The notes under the pieces were generated by a model, which had not been told where the DNA came from, did not search any database, and worked only from the letters and a program-made list of their open reading frames with translations. The translations under genes and the position numbers were made by a program. From NCBI GenBank assembly GCA_046581755.1, contig JAYGFR010000135.1, forward strand, positions 1 through 13,929: DNA of 13,929 bases, given 5' to 3'. This document shows positions 7,840-13,929 of the stretch, one piece after another (positions within the stretch are counted from its first letter, which is position 1; every line of letters starts with the position of its first letter). The DNA comes from Nitrospinota bacterium. Lineage in GTDB: Bacteria > UBA8248.

Positions 7840-8583
7840 TCAAATGATCGTGAGCCCGCCGTCCAACACGATAACCTGACCGGTCATAAAAGAAGATTTC
7901 GGAGTCACCAGAAAAATAACGGAATCTATCACCTCATCGACCTCGCCGAAGCGTCCCAAGGGCATCCTCCGGTAGCGTTCCTCTAGATTTCCCGGCTGGC
8001 CATGCCCCTGGGCCCTGCGCCTCTCTGTAAGAATCGGACCTGGGGCCACCGCATTTACGCGGATGCCGAACTCCGCGAGTTCAACGGCCAGCGCACGGGT
8101 CAATCCTTCCACGGCACCCTTTACCGCAACGTAAATCACACGCTCTTTGACCGGAGTCCGAACATAAAAACTCGACATATTCACGATTGCTCCCCCGCCC
8201 CGCTTGCGCATCTCACGCGCGGCCCGCTGGGCGCAGAAAATACAGCCCTTCACACCCACCGCAAGGGCCAGGTCCAAAGTGGATTCATCAATATCGTCGA
8301 ATGGAATGTTGGATCGGACGACGGCGCAGTTCACCAAAATGTCAACGCCTCCGTATCTCGCAACGGCTTCACTGAAAACGCGTTCAATCTCCTCCGCGCT
8401 ACTCAGGTCCGCCTGGATACCCATAAAAGAATTGCCCAATTCGCTCTCCAAAGCGTCAAGTCCCTCTCCCTGGATATCCACACCGGCCACACGACAGCCT
8501 TCGGAAACAAATCGGCGAGCCATCCCCTCACCAATTCCCTGGGCCGCGCCAGCAATCACCGCCACCTTGCCTTCAAGCTCCAT
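7840..8583 (-). CDS. SDR family oxidoreductase, probably NAD-preferring, ~247 aa
   Basis: AVIAGAAQGIG, acidic residue in GVDI after beta-2, NMSS, YVAVK (YxxxK), GIRVNAVAPG, MPLGRFG..FMTGQ..DGG. ATG 8583 behind GGGGGAG. Confidence 0.92.
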   Translation of the reverse strand: MELEGKVAVIAGAAQGIGEGMARRFVSEGCRVAGVDIQGEGLDALESELGNSFMGIQADLSSAEEIERVFSEAVARYGGVDILVNCAVVRSNIPFDDIDESTLDLALAVGVKGCIFCAQRAAREMRKRGGGAIVNMSSFYVRTPVKERVIYVAVKGAVEGLTRALAVELAEFGIRVNAVAPGPILTERRRAQGHGQPGNLEERYRRMPLGRFGEVDEVIDSVIFLVTPKSSFMTGQVIVLDGGLTII

Positions 8584-8640
8584 AACTCCCCCTGGAACGC
8601 ACGTATTTCCGAAAGGTCGATAATACACAACCATCTCTTT

Positions 8641-8657
8641 TGCATATTATTTATGCA
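8641..8657. promoter_or_regulatory. Candidate operator: TGCATA-N5-TATGCA inverted repeat
   Basis: Perfect 6-bp inverted repeat about 60 bp upstream of the SDR start at 8583, in an AT-rich segment. Confidence 0.3.
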
Positions 8658-8856
8658 CACGGCAAGAGTAGTTTTGAAAATTAAATTGATCGTGGACGTG
8701 GGGTAGGGGGAGGAGAAATCGATGAAGAGATTCTCCTTTAAAAAAACAGGGCCAGTAAAAAAACATCGTGGGGCCCCTCTGCTCCGCAATAATGGGATCC
8801 CCTAAAAATTCAATGCATTTAAATCCTGCCAATAATCCTATTCAAACAGTAACTTA

Positions 8857-8968
8857 TGACTCGGCCATGTATTTGGGCAAGACGCCCTGGCGCGCGCCAA
8901 AAATCGGGGGCTTCGGCTAATTAGTGCCGGTGGAACCCGGGAAGTTTTATCCAAATATGGCCGGCTCA
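8857..8968. repeat. 112-bp element bounded by long imperfect terminal inverted repeats (MITE-like or structured RNA)
   Basis: 8857-8890 TGACTCGGCCATGTATTTGGGCAAGACGCCCTGG aligns with the reverse complement of 8937-8968, TGAGCCGGCCAT--ATTTGGATAAAACTTCCCGG, at 24/34 positions by manual alignment. Ends are TG...CA. Confidence 0.4.
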
Positions 8969-9040
8969 GGGGTTAACTCTCCGCCGCGTTTCGCTCGCCT
9001 CCTCCTGACCGGGCCAAAAATTCGCCGCGAAGGTTCTCCC

Positions 9041-10246
9041 CTACCATCGCCGGGGATGATCTTCGGGAAATGGTGCGCGAAAGGGGCCCGATCCGGTGTT
9101 TTGCCGGACATATGCGATTTGATTGTGGTCCGGCTGGAATTTTCCGTTCAGCGCGTCCCGGAGCCAATCGATCGCCAACGGATTTAGGTCCACTCCTCCC
9201 AGGCCCTTCATGCCCCACACCCGATGAAATTCATTTTCCAATACCCAGAATTCCTTCGGGCATTCCAGTTCCTCGAAAAAAGAAAAAGCGTCCTCCACCG
9301 GCGTCAGCGGGTCGAACTCTCCCGCCACCATTAAAACCGGACACCCGATCTGGCCGCCATAGCCCTTTATTGTCATCCGCATGGCCATCTCGTCGAAGGC
9401 GTCTTCGTCCGTCAGGCCGGCCATGTACATGAATATTTGCTTGAAGCGCGGCGAGGCCACATCGAAGATGAAGTTTTTATCGGCGAAATTGGCGCTTCCG
9501 GCGGCACAGGCGGAAACCCTGGAGTCGTAAGCTGCCGTCCTCGGCGACCAGAACGAGCCCATGCTGATCCCGAACACCCCGATTTTCCCGCTGTCGATTT
9601 CGGGGCGGGAACAGAGATAGTCGATCACCGCGCTGGCTGCCCTTTCGTAGTTATCCGCCGTGACCCTGATTTTACGGATATTCGACATCCCCTGACCCGG
9701 CCCGTCCATCGCACAGGCATGCATCCCCCTCCGGTGCATGTCGTTTTGAAGTACATAGGGATAAAACTCCTTTGTTTGATCCATCCCCGGCAGATAAAGA
9801 ACACATGGAGCCGTGCGCCCGTCCGGAAGGAGGTGGAGCAAAATCTGGATCTGCTCTCCCTCGAAGGGAACCTCGATCCGCTCGATGGGATAATCCGCCA
9901 GCTCCATGACCCGCCCGTAGCAGCGCGACAATCCATCGTAGAGCTTGAGCTTCTGAGGATGATCGTCCTCGAAGATAGCATGCTGGCCGTGGCGGTAGGC
10001 CTCGGACGCCTTCACGTAAATCTCAAGCGCCGTCTCGGGATACCCGGCATCCTCCGCCGCGGCGGCAACCGCCTCTATGTGGGCCGCTTCCTCGCCCTTG
10101 AGCTTGCTGATCATTTTGTAATTCTTGACCCCGCGCGGAAGCTCGAATTTTTCGTCCTCGAAGTTCTGGACCATGCCGGCCGTCTTGGCCATGTAGTCAA
10201 GAATCCACTGCTGTCCGTCGCGCCGCCGGTCTGATTTGTATGGCAT
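9041..10246 (-). CDS. Alpha/beta hydrolase, DHPON-hydrolase/FrsA-like type, 401 aa
   Basis: Helical N-domain (ASEAYRHGQH), IERIEVPFEG, PGMDQTKE, DGPGQG, nucleophile elbow GISMG, acid GEFDPL, candidate His in ENEFH. RBS AAGGAG. Confidence 0.88.
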   Translation of the reverse strand: MPYKSDRRRDGQQWILDYMAKTAGMVQNFEDEKFELPRGVKNYKMISKLKGEEAAHIEAVAAAAEDAGYPETALEIYVKASEAYRHGQHAIFEDDHPQKLKLYDGLSRCYGRVMELADYPIERIEVPFEGEQIQILLHLLPDGRTAPCVLYLPGMDQTKEFYPYVLQNDMHRRGMHACAMDGPGQGMSNIRKIRVTADNYERAASAVIDYLCSRPEIDSGKIGVFGISMGSFWSPRTAAYDSRVSACAAGSANFADKNFIFDVASPRFKQIFMYMAGLTDEDAFDEMAMRMTIKGYGGQIGCPVLMVAGEFDPLTPVEDAFSFFEELECPKEFWVLENEFHRVWGMKGLGGVDLNPLAIDWLRDALNGKFQPDHNQIAYVRQNTGSGPFRAPFPEDHPRRW

Positions 10247-10337
10247 CGCCTGCTCTCCTTCCGCAAAATTCCGGTATGATTATTTCAGCCGCGGCAACAC
10301 CCGGGACGCTGAGCGTTCGCAGGGCGGCCGAACACCA

Positions 10338-11513
10338 TCAGGCCCCGAGTTTTTCCGTGAGCCAGTCGAAAATATAAGCCGTCCCGATGGCGAGATTGTC
10401 TCGCTGGCAATGCTGCGCACCGCCCTCGGCGACCGTGAAGACCTTCATCGTTTTATCCTTCGATCCCACAGCCCGGAAAAGGCGCCGGGCGTCCCTGAGG
10501 GAAATCTGCTTATCGTCCGCGCCGTGGGTGAGAAGGAAGGGACACCGCATCTTCTGCACCACTCCGTCGAGTCGAAAATCCTCGAGCTTCCCGAGGGCCT
10601 CGTCAATCGATTTCGATCCCGTCACCCATTGGATATGATGTCCGGGCACGGAAAGCTCGGCCCGGAACGAGGCCTCGATGCGCTTTTTCCAGGTCGTGTG
10701 GTAGTCCCAGATCGCCCCCCAGGCGACGCAGGCCTTAAATCTTTTGTCCATGCTGGCGATCCGGGGAGCATAGTAGCCGCCGAGACTGACGGCCATGACG
10801 GCCACCTTCTTTGCATTCACATCGCGGCGGGTCTCGAGGTAATCGAGCGCCGCCGAGCCGGCCGCCTCGTAGTCATGGCGGAGGGGGATGCCCCGGAAGC
10901 GGATGGCCTCGCCCGTTCCGGGGCCGTCCGAAATGAGCACGCTGATCCCCCGGCGCACGAGATCGAAAATCCCCCACATGTAGTGGAGCTCCTTGGTGCC
11001 GTCGAGGCCGTCGAAAAAAATCACGGCCGGAGGCTTGGCCCGCCTCGTGTTCTCGGCATGGACCAGATAGGCGGGGAGCTTTTTCCGCCCCTCGAAAGGA
11101 TATTCGACGCGCTCGATTCTGGGCCGGTCGATGAGGCGGGCGAAGCGGGCGAAACAATCGAGCGCCTTGCGGTAGGAATCGAGAGCCTTTTTATCCTTCG
11201 GCGTTCGGAACCGCTCGCCCATCTGGTAGTAGCAACACGCCCGCTGGTAGTGGGAGGCCGCCGAAAGGCCGTGCCCCTTCCGCTCTTCGGCCCGGCCGAG
11301 CGTCCGCAGCCGGTCCCCCATCCGGGACCATTCGCGGAACCAGTGGCGGTCATCGCCGATTTTCTTTGCCAGGCGGCGGCCCACCTGATCGATTTCGCCG
11401 ATCTCCGAGCCCCGCCACTTCGCCCACGAAATCATCCCGCATATCGCGGCCGACCATCGGTAATCTTCCGGAAAATACGTGTACCAGTTAGCGTTGGCCG
11501 GCGCTTCAGGCAT
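10338..11513 (-). CDS. Alpha/beta hydrolase, 2,6-dihydroxy-pseudo-oxynicotine-hydrolase-like type, ~391 aa
   Basis: YQRACCYYQMGERF, IERVEYPFEG, DGLDGTKE, DGPGTGE, AVSLGGYYAPR (nucleophile Ser), HGADDKQI (Asp), GGAQHCQRDN (His). ATG 11513 behind GGAGGAG. Confidence 0.88.
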   Translation of the reverse strand: MPEAPANANWYTYFPEDYRWSAAICGMISWAKWRGSEIGEIDQVGRRLAKKIGDDRHWFREWSRMGDRLRTLGRAEERKGHGLSAASHYQRACCYYQMGERFRTPKDKKALDSYRKALDCFARFARLIDRPRIERVEYPFEGRKKLPAYLVHAENTRRAKPPAVIFFDGLDGTKELHYMWGIFDLVRRGISVLISDGPGTGEAIRFRGIPLRHDYEAAGSAALDYLETRRDVNAKKVAVMAVSLGGYYAPRIASMDKRFKACVAWGAIWDYHTTWKKRIEASFRAELSVPGHHIQWVTGSKSIDEALGKLEDFRLDGVVQKMRCPFLLTHGADDKQISLRDARRLFRAVGSKDKTMKVFTVAEGGAQHCQRDNLAIGTAYIFDWLTEKLGA

Positions 11514-11530
11514 TGGGCTCCTCCAACCCC

Positions 11531-12331
11531 TCAAGAGGGGATTTTCAGCATCTCTCTCGCCTCGGCCACCGAGGCCACCTCGCGGTTCAACTCCTTGGCG
11601 AGCCGCCCCATCCGCAAGACATGATCGTCGTTATCGCCCAGCACTCCCGGCGAGAGGTAGGGCTCGTCTTCGGTTCCCACGCGCACGTGACCACCCCGCA
11701 TGACGGCCATCGCGTGCAGGTGGATCGCGTCGGGGCTGGTCACGCTCGTCACAAATTCGGAGCCCTCCAGAAGGCCCGAGGTCCGGTTCAGGAACTCCTC
11801 CACCGTGGGCGGAGACCAGCAACCACCCGGGCGCCCGAAGAAGATCGTCATCAAAAAAGGTGGCTCGACGAGCCCTTTTTCGGCCAAATCGCTCAGCAGC
11901 CACATCTCCCCCAGACCGAACACCTCGAACTCGGGCTTGACGCCGTTGTCCTTGCACATCCTCATCAACTCCTCGAGCTCCTCCCTCGGGTGGAGCATCA
12001 TCATGTCCCGGTCCAGAAAAACCAGGCTGTGTGCGTTGAGGGCGACCGAGATCATCTCGGGCTGGTTCTGGATGACCTCGCGGCGCTGATCGACCGACTG
12101 GGTGGATATCCCGTACTGAAGCATGACATCGCAGCGGTCGCGGATGGCCTTCGTGTGCGCGGTCCAGGCGTCGAAATTCGTGGGCGGGGCGTGTATGTGG
12201 GCGATGGCCGCCCCGGCCTTCCAGGCCTTCTCGACCGAATCCGCCAGGACCTCGGTGTCGGCGAAGCGGTGGGGAACGCCGGGATGCATCGAGGTATCGG
12301 CTGCGCAATTGGTGATGATGAGTTTATTCAT
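11531..12331 (-). CDS. BKACE / 3-keto-5-aminohexanoate cleavage enzyme family (DUF849), divergent, 266 aa
   Basis: KLIIT N-terminus, AGAAIAHIHA (Zn-binding HxH), PEMIS, GVKPEFEVF, GGHVRVGTED (Arg/Glu/Asp), LNREVASVAEAREML. RBS AAGGAG. Confidence 0.88.
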   Translation of the reverse strand: MNKLIITNCAADTSMHPGVPHRFADTEVLADSVEKAWKAGAAIAHIHAPPTNFDAWTAHTKAIRDRCDVMLQYGISTQSVDQRREVIQNQPEMISVALNAHSLVFLDRDMMMLHPREELEELMRMCKDNGVKPEFEVFGLGEMWLLSDLAEKGLVEPPFLMTIFFGRPGGCWSPPTVEEFLNRTSGLLEGSEFVTSVTSPDAIHLHAMAVMRGGHVRVGTEDEPYLSPGVLGDNDDHVLRMGRLAKELNREVASVAEAREMLKIPS

Positions 12332-12443
12332 GATGGCGCTCCTTTTTATTTAAGTAACCCCTTCTGCCTTTTCTCAGAGTATTTATTTTACGGACAGCGG
12401 CCACGAAGCGATGCGCCCGATCTCCAGGCCTTGAGCCGACAAG

Positions 12444-13214
12444 CTACTCCGGCACATAGGCCACAGCACGGATCCAGGCGCCGCTTACTTTTTCGATCTT
12501 GATCGGAAACAAGGATATTTTGAATCCCGATCCCGGAAGTTGATCAAGGTTTGCCAGCTTTTCCACATGTAGATATTTGCGTTCGCGGGCCACGAAGTGC
12601 GACGGCCAAAGAGAATTGGGTTTGCCCGCGTCATAGTTTGCTTTCATAAATTTATAGGGAACGTCCCAACCCCAGGCGTCCGTCGCCGTCACCTTGATGC
12701 CCTGTTCGATGAGCCAAATTGTCGCCTCCGGGGATACGCCGGGAAAACACTCGAAAAAATCGGGTTTATAGTATCGCTTGTCGGCGTCTGTACGGACACA
12801 AACAATATCCATTGGCTTCAGGGAGTAATCGATTTTATCGAGTGCGTCTTTCATATCCTGCACGCCGATTTCGTATCCTGCGGGTTTTTCGTGAAAATCG
12901 AGGACAACCCCGTCCCCACAACACCATTCCAGCGGAACCTCGTCGATCCGCTTGGCCGGTTTTCCCTCCGAGAGAGGTCCATAGTGATACGGCGCGTCGA
13001 GATGCGTTCCCGCGTGCGAACCCACCTTCAGCGTCTCGCTGGAGGTTCCCATTCCGTCCGGCAAATCGGCTGGGTCTACGCCCAAATTCCTACAACACTG
13101 CCGGCCGAAAAGTTCGTGGTCCCAATAGACAATTTCTGTGCTCTGGGGCTCATGGGAAAAATTCATGAGCGGAACGCTCAGATCGACAATACGGAAATTG
13201 GGCCAGTCCACCAT
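12444..13214 (-). CDS. Cyclase family metal-dependent amidohydrolase (kynurenine formamidase KynB/isatin hydrolase-like), ~256 aa
   Basis: IVDLSVP, signature HAGTHLDAPYH (HxGTHxDxPxH), IDEVPLEW..GDGVVLD, TDAWGWD, HVEKLANLD, GAWIRAVA. Start at ATG 13214 (or 13220) behind GAGGAG. The ORF-track extension to 13358 overlaps the upstream SDR. Confidence 0.9.
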   Translation of the reverse strand: MVDWPNFRIVDLSVPLMNFSHEPQSTEIVYWDHELFGRQCCRNLGVDPADLPDGMGTSSETLKVGSHAGTHLDAPYHYGPLSEGKPAKRIDEVPLEWCCGDGVVLDFHEKPAGYEIGVQDMKDALDKIDYSLKPMDIVCVRTDADKRYYKPDFFECFPGVSPEATIWLIEQGIKVTATDAWGWDVPYKFMKANYDAGKPNSLWPSHFVARERKYLHVEKLANLDQLPGSGFKISLFPIKIEKVSGAWIRAVAYVPE

Positions 13215-13263
13215 ATCCATCCACTCCTCACCAAATGCCAAAGATCCCCGGGCCAGGCCCGGT

Positions 13264-13929
13264 TCACCCCATGGCGATGCCGCCGTTGACGTCCAGGCAG
13301 ATGCCGGTGATGTATGAAGCCTCGTCCGAAGCCAGAAAAAGGGCTGCGTTCGCGACATCTTCCGGCAGCCCCAACCGGCCCAGGGGAATCTGCTCCACCA
13401 TTTCGGATTCCCTTGCGGGAAGCCAGTTATCGGTCAGGGGTGTCGTCGTCGGTCCCGGTGCGATTGCGTTGACAGTGATTCCGTGAGGCCCCAGCGTCTT
13501 GGCCAGCGAGCGCGTCAGACCGATCACCCCGGCCTTGGCCGAGGTGTAGGGAATCCCCCCCGCGAACCCGCCCGAGCGCCACGCCGAAGAGGAGAGATTT
13601 ACGATTCGCCCGTACCCGTTTTTCATCATGTGCTCCGAGACGGCGCGGGCGCACAGGTATTCCCCCTTCAAATTGACGTCCAGAACGGCGTCCCAATCCT
13701 CCTCGGTGTAGTCGAGGTAGGCCTTTTTCGGGGAAATGCCCGCGTTGTTAATCAATATATCAACCCGGCCGAAAGATTCGATCGCCGTCTCCGCGGCCCG
13801 GCGGACCTCGCCTGACTTCGAAACGTCCACCACATGGGGAAGAACCGTCAGGCCCTCCGCCGAAAGCGCGGCGGAAAGTTTCTCCACGCCATCTTGATTC
13901 CGGTCGCAGGCGAAAACCTTCGCCCCCTC
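13264..13929 (-). CDS. SDR family oxidoreductase (FabG-like), 5' end outside the window
   Basis: Frame is open to the window edge (EGAKVFACDRNQDGVEKL...). Contains ILINNAG, VNLKG, NLSS, YTSAK, GITVNAIAPG, IPLGRLG, YITG..VNGG. The TGxxxGxG motif would lie beyond 13929. Confidence 0.92.
   Translation of the reverse strand, partial: EGAKVFACDRNQDGVEKLSAALSAEGLTVLPHVVDVSKSGEVRRAAETAIESFGRVDILINNAGISPKKAYLDYTEEDWDAVLDVNLKGEYLCARAVSEHMMKNGYGRIVNLSSSAWRSGGFAGGIPYTSAKAGVIGLTRSLAKTLGPHGITVNAIAPGPTTTPLTDNWLPARESEMVEQIPLGRLGLPEDVANAALFLASDEASYITGICLDVNGGIAMG

Noticed and set aside
8740..8781. Possible minus-strand terminator (GGGGCC...GGCCCT followed by T-run)
   Set aside because: The stem is only ~6 bp with an ~18-nt loop, too weak to call.
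8847..8978. Integron attC interpretation of the long inverted repeat (AAC...GTT just outside the arms)
   Set aside because: Flanks CAGTAAC and GTTAACT match RYYYAAC/GTTRRRY poorly. There is a single occurrence, no integrase, and no cassette-like gene organisation.
8002..10234. Plus-strand ORFs 8002-8706, 9437-10234 and small ORFs in 8556-9432
   Set aside because: They overlap well-supported genes on the opposite strand or in other frames. None has a convincing RBS or domain signature.
10236..12502. Long plus-strand ORFs 10236-11624 (462 aa) and 11513-12502 (329 aa)
   Set aside because: They lie antisense to the motif-bearing hydrolase and BKACE genes and have no recognisable motifs. They are typical shadow ORFs of GC-rich coding DNA.
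9041..13214. Assigning specific functions or symbols (kynB, kce, nicotine-pathway hydrolase, frsA) to the cluster genes
   Set aside because: Only family-level motifs are visible. Partner genes (kynA/kynU, lysine fermentation or carnitine genes, nicotine dehydrogenases) are absent from the window.
13215..13358. N-terminal extension of the cyclase ORF to 13358
   Set aside because: It overlaps the SDR 3' end by 95 bp. The RBS GAGGAG and the family N-terminus (IVDLS) support a start at 13214 or 13220.
1..13929. CRISPR array, tRNA/rRNA, riboswitch, transposase/integrase or defence system
   Set aside because: No regularly spaced direct repeats, recognisable RNA gene signatures or such protein motifs were seen by eye. 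An Rfam/Infernal scan of 3616-4063 and 8584-9040 would be needed to exclude structured RNAs.

Overview
Gene-dense bacterial accessory catabolic region with 13 CDSs, one truncated at the right edge. No rRNA, tRNA, CRISPR array or transposase is evident. From right to left on the minus strand: SDR (5' truncated), KynB-like cyclase-family metallo-amidohydrolase, divergent BKACE/DUF849 beta-keto acid cleavage protein, two tandem alpha/beta hydrolases of the 2,6-dihydroxy-pseudo-oxynicotine-hydrolase/FrsA-like type, and another SDR. The middle holds an orphan TRAP DctP-type binding protein with no signal peptide, two convergent beta-hydroxyacid dehydrogenases and a GntR/HutC (UTRA) regulator. The regulator is divergent from a minus-strand unit of SDR, M24-fold enzyme with non-canonical metal ligands, and ABC family-5 substrate-binding protein, which ends at a perfect 42-bp palindrome. 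The enzyme mix (oxidation, C-N hydrolysis and two kinds of possible C-C cleavage) suggests an uncharacterised degradation route for an N-containing cyclic or beta-keto compound. The substrate cannot be determined from sequence. Family calls come from motif recognition by eye, not database searches.
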